Of a stretch of 64,000 nt of DNA, positions 1 to 12,790 are shown piece by piece (within the stretch, counting starts at the first letter, position 1; the number at the start of each line of letters is the position of its first letter). The position numbers were made by a program, and so were the translations under genes. The notes beneath the pieces were generated by a model. It had not been told where the DNA came from, did not search any database, and was given only the letters and a program-made list of their open reading frames with translations. Origin of the DNA: the human T2T-CHM13v2.0 reference genome, Homo sapiens; assembly GCF_009914755.1 (NCBI RefSeq), contig NC_060934.1. One strand, 5' to 3'.

Positions 1-1302
1 CCAGCAGGCCGAGGAGCTGTTCACATGATGGCCTTGAATCGTCTCCATGCTGGAAATGGAGGTGTGGGAGGACATCGTCCCTGTGCAGGCCACGGTGGGA
101 CTGGAAGAAACCAGCAATGCCAGCCCCAGTGGCACTTACTGTAGCTTTCCTTAGCCCAGGACTGAGGGTTTCCTGAAATGCTGGATGTTCATTGCTAAAA
201 CTGGGAGGATTCAGGGTAGATGAAGATGGTCACCCTAGCCCGGCGATGAGCCGAGAGCTGCATGTGCTTTCCGCAATCCTTTTGCTCTTCACAGCACCCC
301 GAGGAACATTCATCATTATCTGCATTTTTCAGCAGAGGAGAATGCCAAAGTCTTGTACCTGCAGCAAGAAGCCGGCCCCAGAGAGGCTGACCCCAGAGGT
401 GAGCTGGGCACAGCAGCCCCAACAGCCAGGAAGGAGGCAGTCCTGAGGCAACGAGCAGGAACCCCAAGGTCTCCAAGGTGTGAGGGGATCAGCCATCAGC
501 CTGAATCCACAGCTCTGCTTGCTGGGTCCACCTGCACTGAGCGGGTTGGGTCCACAGGAGGGGATCAGGGCTCTACCCACAGAGGCAGAAGCACAAAGAT
601 CACAGCACTGCTTTAGCTATGATGGTATCCAGCTGGATGTGAGTCTGCCAGTGCCTCCCAGAGTCTGACCTACTGGAGGTAGGAGGTGGGGTGTGGAAAA
701 GGGCCATGGGGACAGGGGAAATGTCAGCAAGAAACCAAGTAAATCCCAGGAGGCCAATACTGTGAGTCCTCTGGACTGAAGAATATCTGTTGGGAGATAC
801 TCTATAGCCTGGAGCGCATTCACAGAGGTGGGAAGGAGTCAGGAAATGCACTGAACTTCTGTGTAAACAATAAATGATGGGACAGAGTAAGTGAAAACAA
901 TCTACTTTTTAAGAAATCATGCCATAGTAATTAGTAAGACTGGTTTCATAAAAGCTGAGCTCTGCTCAAGGGATATAAAATGTACTGGACATTCATCATT
1001 TTGCATGTCCCAAACAGCTCACCCTTCATCAAATAGCACATCCCTCCACCACCAAGAGCCACACACTTCCCTCCACAATTGATCCAGACTTGAGCACCTG
1101 CCTCATGCCAGGTCAATCAGTCCACCTCTGGCATCCCCAGGCTGGGCTGGCAGGGAGTCATGCCTTTCCTCCTTGGTCATAAACCATGGTGGAGAGGGCC
1201 CAGAGATGCTGGACTCATGACCTCCATACATTCACCCCCTCCACTATTCTGTCATAGGAGAGAATGATGCTGATGCCTGAGGCCAGAAGAAAATGTTTAT
1301 GG

Positions 1303-1817
1303 CAGTAGTTGGCAAACTACAGCCCACAGGCCAAATCCAGGCCATCATCTTTTTTTTTTGGTTGGGTGGGGGGCAGGGGGGCGGACAGAGTCTTGGTCTG
1401 TCACCAAGGCTGGAGTACAGTGGTGCGATCTTGGCTCACTGCAACCTCTACCTCCCGGGTTCAAGCAACTGTCTGCCTCAGCCTACCGAGTAGCTGGGAT
1501 TACAGGCGCCCGCCACCATGCCTGGCTAATTTTTTGTATTTTTAGTAGAGACGGGGTTTCACCATCTTGGCCAGGCTGGTCTTGAACTCCTGACCTCGTG
1601 ATCCACCCACCTCGGCTTCCCAAAGTGGTGGGATTACAGGCGTGAGCCACCGCACCCAGCCCATCATTTTTGTATATAAAGTTTTATTGGCACACAGCCA
1701 TGCCCATGCATTGACATTTTGTCTATGGTTGCATTCACAGGCAGAGTTAAAACCATATGGCCCACAGAGCCTGTAATATTGACTGTCCGGCCCCTAGAGC
1801 AAACATTCGCTGCCTGT
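1303..1817. mobile_element. MER58A-like hAT-Charlie MITE, split by an Alu
   Basis: Characteristic ggcaaactacagcccacaggccaaatcc...aaagttttattggcacacagccatgccc...tatggcccacagagcc segments on either side of the Alu. Confidence 0.75.
1350..1661 (-). mobile_element. AluS (Sg-like), full length
   Basis: Reverse-complement Alu dimer with poly(T) at 1350-1359. catcat(c/t)ttt target-site duplication at both ends. Confidence 0.92.
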
Positions 1818-1929
1818 GGGTCCGCATGGCTGTCAGAATGTTGATAGGCCTACCTTACACATCACTCTCACTTTACAGTAGCCAAGCAGTAATTACATTG
1901 TCCATTAACACCAAAGCTGTTTTCATTCT

Positions 1930-2197
1930 GAAGAGGGAGAAAGGGGAGAAGAAAAGAAGGAAGGGAGGGAGAGAGGGAAGAGGAGGAAGGGAGGGAGGAA
2001 GAAGGAGGAGGAGGGAGGAAGAAGGAGGAGGAGGGAGGAAGGAAGGAGGAGGAGGGAAGGGGGCGGGAGGGAGGAAGGAGGAGGAGGGAAGGGGGCGGGA
2101 GGGAGGAAGGAGGAGGAGGGAAGGGGGCGGGAGGGAGGAAGGGAAGGAAGGAAGGGAAGGGAGGGGAGGGAAGGGGAGGGAGGGCAGGGAGGGAGGC
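1930..2197. repeat. GA-rich polypurine low-complexity tract containing a 32-bp x3 tandem
   Basis: Almost pure G/A. Rare C residues at 2064, 2096 and 2128 define a 32-bp period. Confidence 0.9.
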
Positions 2198-3419
2198 TGA
2201 CAATGTGGAAGTCCCTACTTTGAGTTTTCCAGAAGGCTAGCTCATCCCTTCCTCTAGGCAGTTTCGTTATCTCAGCCAATTAATCCTTCATTCTCGCTTG
2301 TTCAGTTTAGCTTTGGCTTCTATCGTCCATGATGTCTGAGTAAATCATGGAGGAGTAGCAAATCCTGCTAGAATCATAGGAAACTGACAACTGCTCAGAG
2401 CTGAGAGTTTCCGGCTGTGAACTTTTCTACCCTCCTGACTCATGATCGGGGCTCAGAAGGGAGGCCAGAGGAAAGAAGGCAGTGGAGGGGCTTCATGCCA
2501 TCGAGGGCATCACCCCCATGTGTCATGGTCCCCTTCCTCCCCTCCCATGGTCCTGGAGCAAATTCCCTAACTCTCCAGACACCTTCCATGGGACAGACTC
2601 TCATCAGCCACTGTCCCCCCATGAGCCTGGGGCAGAAGACAGCCACCTGCAGGACAGCTCTGCACAGGGCTGTCTGGAGCAAGTCCCATTCCTAAGGGGA
2701 AGGAAAGGGCTGTGGAGGCAGGGGGGCTTCTGAGAGGGCTCCTGAGGGAGACAAACTTGATCCTGGGACTCTTGCAGGTGGAGAAAATCAAGGGTGGGTC
2801 TGGGGGATGACATGTCAGGCTGAGAGAACGGCTGAGGAGGCCTGTCCTTGGGAGGAAGGAGTATGTGGGCAGGAAATGAGAAGACACGCAGGGGCCTGGA
2901 AGAGAGGTGTGAAGGAGGGGCAGGGACCATGTGTTGGTGTCTGACACAGGCATCATGCCACGGAAAGGAGACAGGTGAGGTCCCACAAGCAGGAGGGTGG
3001 CAGGGGCACGTCTGTCATAAGGAAGATTGCCCTGTAGCCTTGAGGAAGGAGCCTGAAGGCAGTGGGCCTGGCATAGCGACCAGCAGCAAGAGAGCATCAA
3101 GACCTGGATGAGAAAGTGTCCGTGTGCAGAGCAGGCAGAGGGGGCTCCAAGAGATGAGCTTCACAGGACTGGCAGCTGGCTGGGGATGAGGGGAAAAGAG
3201 GGAGGAGCCAGCCATGAACCTTCAGCTCCATGGCACCATCACAGTAGGGGAGCAGGGGCAGAAGGAGAAGCAGAAGATCCCTGGAAGCAAGCTTGGTATC
3301 CCAGAGCCACTGGGGAATGCCAGCCTGAGGTCTGAGTGGAGATGCCGGATTGGGAAGTGGATGGAGACGTTCTGAAAGAGAAGGCCCAGAATAAGCAGAG
3401 AATCCTGAGCTCAGAACTT

Positions 3420-3650
3420 AGCAAGAAATGGAGCTGTCAGCCCAAGAGTCCAGAACTGAACCCTGCCCATAGCCTCGAGGGCTTTGAAGCCGGTGCAAGA
3501 TAAGGGAGATTTCAGCCTGCACCTTGACTGCAGCCTTGAGAAAGACCCTGAGCTCAACCACAGCTGAACCACTGACCTACAGAAGCAGTGAGATAGAACC
3601 TGTGTATTGTTTTGAGCCATAATAAGTTTGGGGATAATTTGTAACTAAAA
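3420..3650. mobile_element. MLT1-type (MaLR) LTR fragment
   Basis: Typical MLT1 terminal part: accttgactgcagcc...gaccctgagc...tgtgtattgttttgagcca..taagtttgggataatttgt. Confidence 0.6.
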
Positions 3651-3654
3651 CACC

Positions 3655-3810
3655 TTCCCTCTTCTCTCATCTTCATCTCTCCTCCTCCTCTTCCTTCCCC
3701 TTTTTTTTTCCTGTTTCTCCTCCTCTTCCTGTTTCTCTTTCCCCTCCCTCCTCCTCCTCCTTCTCTTCTTCCTGCTTCTCCACCTCTTTATCCTCTCCTC
3801 TGCTGCCTCA
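3655..3810. repeat. CT-rich low-complexity tract
   Basis: Polypyrimidine run visible directly. Confidence 0.8.
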
Positions 3811-4729
3811 GTTCCCTTCAGTTAGACACAGGTGTCTCTGTGTTACAGGGACCTTGGCAGCACCAGCCCGGTCTGGCCACCTGACATTCCACCTCAGCAA
3901 ACTGAAGAGCGGGGCTGTCACCACCAAGTCTGCTTAGAAGAATCCTGTGGAACAATGACTAACCCAACTTAGGATTTCTCCTGGGATTCACTGTGGCTGG
4001 GGGAAGTGTTAGGACTGGCATACACCAACCCCCTGGCATGGCACTTAGGCAGCCTCTCAGACAGGCAGCTCCACTGAGCCTCATGTGTGGTTTGGGGGAA
4101 GCCTTCTTCCACAGAAAGGAGAGAGCTGTTTCAAAAAGAAGGCAGGAAGCCATGCAGGCAGACAAAACAGCTAGCGAAGGGTGGAGTAGCAGGGTGGAGG
4201 GTAGGGTAGAGGAGACTGGGGCAAGGGGCCAGGCCATCAGAGTGCCCAAGGCAGAGCTCCAGGATGAAGGGCTGCCTGGGGCAGAGGGGAGAGCTGCTAT
4301 GTCCCAGAGCCAGAGGGTGGGTGAGAAGAGGGAGGGTACATTCCACCTGCCACTCAGACCCCATGGGGAGGCGGCAGGGTGGGGAGATCCACTGATAGCT
4401 GAAGTCACCAAAGAAAGAGGAGATTGTGATGCCTTCCAGGTCATGGAGTGGGCACTGCGCTGGCTGGCACCAAAAGCATGGCTGAGGAGGCCAGGCTCAG
4501 AGGGGTTCCCAGACGTGCTCCACTCTAAGTGACCTTGGGCAGTCCCCGGTCTGTTCATTGTCTGCACCATGTGAGGTAAGGGGCAACTCGAGGGCTGCAG
4601 CAGCTGCCAACCCTTCCCTGCACTGGCAGCCTCATCTCCCCAGGTGGAAAGCGCCTGTAAATCTCAGGAGCCAGTGGGCGGGGTGCCCTGCAGGCTTTCA
4701 CACTCGCTCGGCCAATGTCTGCAGGCTGC

Positions 4730-5325
4730 CGTGCCAGTTTCCTAACGCTGCATAATACACGTCCACAAGTTTAGCAGCTTAAAACAGCACACATGTGTTA
4801 TCTCACAACTTCCACGAGCCCGGAGTCTGGTCACAGCTTGGCTGGGCTCTCCAGTCAGGTTCCCACATGGCTGCCATCCAGATATTCTCCAGGCTGCAGA
4901 CCTTTCCGGAGCCCAAGTCCTCCCTCTCCCAAGCCCCTAGCAGCTGTAGTATGAGGGCCCCACTTTCCTCTGGGCTGTCATCAGGGATGGCTCCAGCTCC
5001 TAGAGGCCTATGACAGGACCCTTCGTCAGGACATGGCCAGCATGGGAGCCCTCTCTTCATAAAGGGCCCAGGCCACCATTCAAGGGCTGTCACCGGATTA
5101 AGGCAGGCCCACCCAGGATAATCTCCCTTTTCATTCCATCAAAATCAGCGGTTTGGGGCCTTCAATTAGATACACACAAAATCGCATGACCTCTGCCATA
5201 TAACACAAGTGAATCCCAGGAGTGACATGCGTCATATTCAAAGGCCCCACCCCAACTCAGGATGGAATTGCTATGGGCAAATGCACCAGGAGCAGAATTC
5301 TGGGGACCACTTTAAAATCCTGCCC
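4730..5325 (-). mobile_element. MLT1E/F-like MaLR LTR
   Basis: cacaagtttagcagcttaaaacagcacacatgtgttatctcacaacttcc...aggcccacccaggataatctcccttt...ggggaccactttaaaatcctgcc are typical MLT1 blocks. Confidence 0.65.
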
Positions 5326-5984
5326 CCAAACCTCCCTGTGTCTCAGCCCACACTGGGTCCTGGAGCAACAACAGGGAGTAAGAAAGACTTAGCGCTCAAG
5401 GCCCTTGCTGGCCTGATGCAGATGAGACGTGGAGAAAGATTGTTCCACACAGTGGGACGTATCTTACAGGAAGACATGACTATCTCTGAAACGCAGGGGC
5501 CAGGACCTTTGCAAAGAATGGAGTCTTGGGGCTGGTTTTTGCAGGACGCTTATTCACCTGAGTCAGAGGGGCTCCCAGGCAGGAGAAATTGCTGGTGTAG
5601 GCATTGCCCAAGTCGCCATCCTTCAGTGAACCACCTTCACCATGCCTGCCATCGTTATCATTTACTTAGCTGTTTTTTAAAAAACCCACTCACTCCGTTT
5701 TACTTAAATTTATTTTAAACAGAATCTTTAAATCTCAAGTATAAATGGAAAACCAGCATTCCTTGTTATAAATAGAAGTTAACCATAAAAATAAATAAAA
5801 GAAACATGGGCTTATGAATTTCTTATGAACCTGCCAGCTGCTTTTCCTGTGAACAAGGGGAATCAGGAAGTGTGAGAGAGATGTTAGAGAAATACCAGAA
5901 GAAGAATGATATTTTTCAGAAAGGTGGAAAGGGAATAAGGAAGTAAGCAGTTGTCATGTTGGGACACATGGCCACTCTAGGTGC

Positions 5985-6447
5985 CTGGGTCCTGCCATCT
6001 CATGTGCAGCACCCCAGAACCAGGCTCAGGGGTGGCAAAATGAGTGTGGCGGGTTTATGAGGCCAGAACCTAGGAACGTCACCACCCGGAAGGGGTGAGA
6101 GAGGCTGCTGGACAGAGGGGGAAGTTGACTGGAATGCGATTACAACGGGGGCTGTGGCTGTTCCCACAGGTAGCTCTGGAGTTGGGATGGTCCCTCAGTG
6201 TTGTCCCAAATTGAGACTAGGGAGCCCAGACTTTTTTGTACAGCCGTGTGGTCCCAGCTGGGAGATGCAGCGGCCCTGGGGAAGAGCAGGCATGGCCACG
6301 GGCTGGGCAGCTCCTTTAGGCTGCAAAGGGCAATTCCTGGGGAGGGTTTCAGCCAGGAGCCATCAGCAGGCACCACCCCTGAAAGCTGGGAAATGGGGGC
6401 CTCAACCCTGAAGGGTAGAGCTGGGCAGCTCCACAGTGTCCTCTACA
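5985..6447 (-). mobile_element. ERV-L LTR (LTR16/LTR33-like), 3' LTR of the fossil provirus
   Basis: gagggggaagttgac...gctctggagttgggatggtccctcagtgttgtcccaaattgag...agggcaattcc...gagccatcagcag, ending in ...ctaca. Similar to 12422-12790. Confidence 0.65.
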
Positions 6448-8870
6448 GGCTTCCCTCTCCACAGCTGCATCCACTTGTTTTGTATAATCCGGTCCTACCT
6501 GGGAACAGCTCCCCCAGGATGCTCCCTGGTCTCTTTTCCTGGGAAAGCTTACAAGAGGAAGAAGGTTAAAGGGGTGATCACAGTACCTGTGCTGCAGCTG
6601 GGCTCAGGACCATGGGTACTCACCAATTCCCTCCTCTGCCACCCATTCCAGGTTCTCTTCCACCTTGGCTAGTGCCTCTGCTTCTCTAGGGGCTCACCTG
6701 GTGGGTGGCGCAGACTCACGCCCCAGAGAGTTGTCATGCCCTTCTCAAGCTGTGGCTCCTTCCCTTGTCCATTTGTCATCAGAATTGGGCAGGGAGGTAC
6801 CAGGAAATGACCCAGTAGGTCACCTGGATGCTAAAGACATCCTCCCTGTCCCAGTGTGTGACAGCACAGGTTTGATGACCTGTGCAGGATGGAGACTCCC
6901 CTCCTTCCCACCAGTCTCTAGACGTAGGAGCTGGTGGTGGTTGGCAGCACCTGTCACTGAACATGAAAAGGGAATCTTGCCATGTCCCCTGGAGGAAGCA
7001 TTCCTCCTCTGGGCACCAGGACCTTTAGACCCACTGTGCCGAGCATTCAGGCAGCACAGATTCCCCTGGTGGGCCACTAAGTGTGACGATGAGCAATGCC
7101 ACTCCTATTTCTGTGCCTTGGTTCCTGGACCCATGATTTCTACTGACTGAGACACAGCAACACATATTGACCATTGGTTTGGGGTGAGTATTGTGTTGTG
7201 GAGGATGGCCTCCCACCCTCTCAGAGCATCCCCTCCAGATGGTGCTTCAGCCGCACTTTCCAATGCTCTACCACGGAGATGCGCCAGAACTGGTATATCC
7301 CATTGGCCTGTGTTCACTGTGGTGCCTCCTTTGCTGCGAGGTGAGTCCTTTGGTTCCATGCTCTGTCACACAGGATCCTGAAGGAGGATATCAAATGCTT
7401 TCTAAGTTTTGTGGTGCTGACTGAGGCTCTGCAGGCAAAAACAGCAAACCAAACCCAGAATATGTGTAGACTCCAGACCAGACGAATCACTGCTCTTTCC
7501 AGGGTGGAAAGAATCCAGTTAATCATCCTTCCACCAGGTAACTCGTGTGCTCAGCCAGGGGCAGGCCATATCACAGGCTTGGCATTGGTCTCCCTTGCTG
7601 GTTGGCTGCACACTGGGAAGTGGCAGAGCTAGATTGGCCCTGGTCAGTTGGCACTCATGCTGCCATGCTATCCACAGCTCCCATTCCTGCCACAGCAGCT
7701 CCAGGCAGGCACTCATTCTGACTGATGGCAGAGGCTGCTGATGTCAACTGACAGAGCCAGTCTATATCCTTGGCTGTCTAGTGTTTCTTCCACAGTAGGT
7801 ACTCTCTGGTGGACGCTGACATGCAATATAAAGATCCTCTCACTCCCTGCCGACTCCTGTAGGCCTATTCATATGCCTTGTCCACAGGCCTCCGTAGCCC
7901 TGACATTTCAGATGTTTTCTTCCAGTCCCCAAATCAACTAATCAAGCCATTTCCCACTGCCCCAAAATCCCTCAGGTCACTTTTCTTTCCATATAAGGTG
8001 GATGACCAACTGTACCCCCAAAGCTCTGCCCATAAGGAGGATTTCCCTTCATTGCTGCTGTCTTTCAGGGTCATCCCTGAGTTAGGATACAGTGCAACAA
8101 AAGTCCATTTTTACTTTATACCCATATACCAAGTCTACTTCTCCCTGCGCCAAGCTCATACATTTTCCTTCTCCATCACCTTATCATAAGGGACCCCCAC
8201 GTGGTCACAGGTATGAAATGAAAGAGAAGCACAGGTGCACAGTGGTAGATGGCCTGGAGGTATGAGCCACCTACTAGTGCAGCCTCACTGCACCCCCAAC
8301 ACTGCTCATGTGCATCCCAGATGGACCACTTCCATCTTTGATGAGTTACTGCTGGGCCCACCCAAGCTTATGGACCATGTAGACATGGTGGATCTACAAG
8401 AACACAGCTCATGACAGGCAGTTCTGGCTGCATGATCACCTGATGGTGCATGATTAAGCTCTTCATCTCGAATGAAGCCCAGTATCAGGAGGTGCTTTTC
8501 AAAGGGCATATAATTCTCTGCTGCAGATGGCTTGGACTCGCTCCTATTGAACCTTGCCACAAATCCCACATGATATCTGTCTTCCACAGATACCTGTAAT
8601 ACCACAGGTCTGACAGCTCCTATGATCCAAGCAGCTGGGCTGCTTGCTCACAGCCTAGACAGGTTGCAGATTTCTTTCCTGCTCTGGGTCCACTCACAGC
8701 TGGCATCCTCCTGTGTCCCTCTGGGTCAGAGTAGCATTCACAACGATGGAACTTGTCATCTCCAGAGCCCAAAAAAGTGCCAGGAATTGTTTATTCTTAG
8801 AGATGGGAAGTGCAAGATACAATGTGTTTTCTATTTTGGAGGGAATGTTCCAAGTTGCTCAGGCCAAACC

Positions 8871-9286
8871 TCTATGTTTGGATGTTTTGTCTCCTCCAAA
8901 TCTCATGTTGAAATGTGACCTCCAATGTTGGAGGTGGGCCTAGTGGGAGGCGTTTGGGTCATGGGGGCAGATCTCTCATGAATAGCTTGGTGCTGTCCTC
9001 GCAATAATGAGTTTGTTCTCACTCTGTGGGTTCACATGAGACCTCGTTGTTTAAAAGGATCTGGCACCTCCTCCCTCTCTCTTTCATGTACCCCCCTCAC
9101 CATGTGATCCCTGCTCCCCCTTCACCTTCCACCATGAGTGGAAGCTCCCTGAGGCCCTCACCAGGAGCAGATGCTAGGGCCATGCTTCTTGTACAGCCTG
9201 AAGAACCATAAGCCAAATAAACCTCTTTTCTTTATAAATTACGCAGTCTCAGGTATTCCTTATAGCAACACAAATGGACTAACACA
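8871..9286 (+). mobile_element. MSTB-like MaLR solo LTR nested in ERV-L pol
   Basis: tatgtttggatgttttgtctcctccaaatctcatgttgaaatgtg...ttataaattacgcagtctcaggtattccttatagcaacacaaatggactaacaca. Confidence 0.85.
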
Positions 9287-11264
9287 CCACCTCATAGTCT
9301 CAGTGATGAGGTTCATGGGGTTCATCTCCCACCCTCTGGAGCACAGGCATCTTACCAAGGTCTCTAAAGTATTCTTACTGATTACTGATTCCACTTCTTA
9401 CTTATTCATTCTGGTTAACACAATGTCATTAATACAGAGGACCAATGTTATGCTCAGTGGAATATCCAAATGATCCATATCCATTTGATCCCTCATAACA
9501 GAGGTGGTACAGTTAACATGGCCCTAGGACAAGAAATACACATACTAGTAAATGCATACTGGGACCTGCCCCATGGGAATGAAAACTGCTTCTGTGTTCT
9601 TGAATGGGATGAAAAAGAATACATCCACCAGATCAGAGGTGGCATACCAGATTCCTGAGGCCATGTCAATCTGCTCTGCCAAGATCCCACATCTGGCACA
9701 GATGCTGAGGTAAGGGCTACTCACACATCACTTGGTGAATTTGCAGTCATTCTCTAGCATACGTCTGGTTTTCTGTAGGGGACATACTGGTGAATTAAAT
9801 GAGGACAGTGTGTAACCATAACAGCTGCATCCTTTAGGTTTTTAAGGATGGCACTAATCGCTACCATTTCCCTTGGGACACGACACTGATTTTGATTTAT
9901 TAATCTGGCCAGGACAGGGATGAGGGAATGGTTTCAGACACTTCTCCTTGGACTTCTCTACTATGGTAACTCTTACCCCACAAGTTTCAACTTGCCTTCC
10001 CCACTCCTCTAACTCTTGCCCTGTAAGCCAAGGAACCAATGCAAAGTTCTGGCAGCTACCAAGGATGTTTGTTGCAATTCTATATTTGAGGTGTAAGGAA
10101 ATCGCTGTGGATGAGTCCGCAAGCCCAGCGAGCTGGGCTGCACCAGGATTCATTGATCATCTGGTTTCCACAAAATCCACTCTAGCAGGGGAGTTGTAAT
10201 GAGGCCTTGGGTCCTTCGTATCAATATCAACCTGGACCATGTGTCCATTTATTCTTGAAGTGTCTGGATGTTTCCCTTCCCTCAGGTTCAGTGGTTGCCT
10301 GAGTAAATGGTGATAGGTCCCTTTGGGGAAGGATTGGAAATCACCACCATCTATCCTTGCTGTGGTGTTGCAGGCGCCTTCCTCCTGAGGTCCCAGCCTC
10401 TCCCTCACTCAAAGTGTTCACGTATAGAAACTGGCTCAAGCCCATCAAAGAAGTGTGACCTTTTTTGGAGTGGTTGTCCTCAGCCTCATTTATCCATCTT
10501 TGATTTGTCTTAGTTTGTACAAATTGAATGGTGCTCTTGTGGGCTGTCCATCAGTATTACCCCCAGCGACTGCAGGTTTGATTAAATGTCTTCATAGCTC
10601 CCCATGAGTTGGGAACCCTGACTGAAATCTGACTGCACCTCTCATTTTGATAATTGCATCTACTTTGATTTGCACAGCAAAATACTCCATTATTTTGGGA
10701 TCCTTTCATCCTCATTTCTGCTAGGGAGCCCAGATCAGTAACAATACCCTCTACCCTCAGCCCCAGCCCACAGATAGAAGCCATCCCTCAGCTTTGCATG
10801 TTGCTGGTATCCCTCTTACCAGTGGATTCCTTATCACTTTGGTAAATGGAGAGTCCTCTGAGTCCTTCCATGGAACATATAGGCTGGTGGCTTTCCAGCC
10901 TGTGTACCATTTCTAATCCAGCATGTCTGCTCTCTGAGCCTTTAGTCCATTCTTCTATCACTTACCACAGCTATTTCAGCGTTGACACATCACTTACTGC
11001 AGACCATTGCTTTTTCCAAGTGTCCAACGGCCAACCCATAAGCATATCAGCCCCGTACCCTAAGGCACTTGCCATGGTGGAAAACCGGCATCATGGGACC
11101 GTGCTCTTAGACTGACAAACTCTCCCTTATCCACTTCCACATCCAGTCTCCCTTGATTCAGCACCCTTGGGACCCATCCCAATCATACTCCCTCAGGTCT
11201 TGCTTATACACGTTGACTCTGCAGATCCTCCAGTCTACCATATTCTTCCCCTTGGTGGGCCCGG

Positions 11265-11754
11265 TGTGTCCGGAGTTGGTTCCCGCCACTGGGTTTCTGA
11301 TCTGACTGACTTAGGAATGAAGCCGCGGACCTTCACAGTGAGTGTTACAGCTCTTAAAGATGGCACAGACCCAAAGAGTGAGTAGTAGCAAGGTTTATTG
11401 TGAAGAGCAAAAGGACAAAACTTCCACAGCATGGAAGAGGACCCGAGTGCCGCTGCTGGCTGGGGTGGCCAGCTTTTATTCCCTTATTGGTCCCCTCCCA
11501 TGTTCCATTTCTGTCCTGTCAGAATGCCCTTTTTTCAATCCTCCCTGCGACTGCCTACTCTTAGGATGCTGCTGATTGGTGTGTTTTACAGAGCGCTGAT
11601 TAGTGCATTTTACAGAGCGCTGATTAGTGCATTTTACAAACCTCTTGTAAGACAGGAAAGTTCCTGATTGGTGCGTTTTACAATCCTTTTGTAAGACAGG
11701 AAAGTGCCCCAAGTCCCCCCTTGACCCAGGAAGTCCAGCTGGCCTCACCTCTCA
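11265..11754 (-). mobile_element. LTR12-family (ERV9; LTR12F-like) solo LTR
   Basis: TG...CA ends; gaagccgcggaccttcacagtgagtgttacagctcttaaag; repeated ctgattggtg..ttttaca units; 4-bp TSD CCGG/CCGA. Confidence 0.85.
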
Positions 11755-12421
11755 CCGAGACTTCCCTGGCTGGGCGAAGTGGTGACATAAGCCCAGGTTT
11801 CATCTGGCAGCCAGGGGACAGGAAAGGGTAGATTATGAGAGGGGCGCACACTACATCTTTATCATCTTCAAGCAAGGTAGGCAGAGCCCACCTCCCCAGG
11901 TCCAAAGTGTTCAAGGAAGTGTAAGGTTTTAAGACTCTTGAGTACATCCATCAAGATGCCCCCACTCCAAGTCTCAGGGCCCCACCCCTGACTTTGGCAT
12001 AACAGAAGTGCTGGGGTTAAGAATCAAACCATTTCTGGAGCTCTGCTATCTTAATATGTAAGTCCTGGGCCCAGTCCTCAGCAGGACTGGCTGTAACAAC
12101 TGAGGGTTTCTTTATATGGTGCCATGATCCTCCAATTCTCACACTCTGCCTTCAATTAGTGTTTCATCCTTCTCAATCTTTTATTGTCTATTTCTAATGC
12201 ATCCATGGCACTTGACAATCCCACTGTCTTCAGAATTATTCCTTCCCCTGAACCTCTCTAACCCCTAAGAAAGTGACCCCTCCAACTCACCACCACAGCA
12301 TCAGGCTATGGGGACTCCAGTTACAGCAGCCAGAGTCCTCGTTGCCACTGAATGTCAGATGATGAGGGCCTCAGATGCCACCTTAGAGCCCACTTCCTTA
12401 GATCACTCCTGGCATGAATTA

Positions 12422-12790
12422 TCTCAGGTTGGATATCTCAGGGTAGGGACTCTGAGATCGAAATTTGAGTGCAGAAGTATATGGGAGAGTGCTAGGGGGA
12501 CCACACCAATAAGGGAGCTGAGGGACTAGGATAACCAGAGAGAGAAGCTAAATGACACAGTGGTATAGACAGCCTCGGAGCCAGGTGGCCCTACAGTGTT
12601 TTCCAGGCCCCTGCACCTAGTCACTGGCTTTGGCTGCCCCCGGAGTGTGAGATAACTTGAGTGAGGCCGCTCCTGTCGGCCTTCCTGAGGAAGGGCTCCA
12701 CTGTGAGCCCTCAGCAGACAGAAGTCCTGGCAGCTGAGGCCATGAATGTCTGGGTGCTGGCAACAGGGGAATTAGCTACAGCCACCTTAA
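12422..12790 (-). mobile_element. ERV-L LTR (LTR16/LTR33-like), 5' LTR of the fossil provirus
   Basis: gactctgagatcgaaatttgagtgcagaagt...gagccctcagcag..cctggcagctg parallels the left LTR. Followed on the minus strand by tgccaggagtgatc, resembling the ERV-L primer-binding site. Confidence 0.6.

Larger units (their letters stand above)
6448..12421 (-). mobile_element. Degraded ERV-L internal region (HERV16/ERV3-16A3-like): protease, RT, RNase H/tether, integrase and dUTPase remnants
   Basis: Minus-strand translations: WYATSDLVDVFFFIPF and QKQFSFPWGRSQYAFT (RT, about 9540-9650); DHLDIPLSITLVLCINDIVL (decayed YIDD, about 9415-9475); SKPSAAENYMPFEKHLL (about 8490-8540); GDALRGWEAILH..HGSRNQG (IN C-terminus, about 7110-7230); GLKVLVPRGGMLPPGD (ERV-L dUTPase start, about 6985-7032). 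Many stops and frameshifts. Confidence 0.85.

Noticed and set aside
1757-2279. Gly/Arg/Glu-rich and Pro/Ser/Leu-rich ORFs
   Set aside because: Translations of the GA-rich low-complexity tract.
6448-12421. Possible domesticated retroviral gene
   Set aside because: The catalytic YIDD is destroyed and homology is split by stops, frameshifts and nested LTRs. No long intact gag, pol or dUTPase frame.
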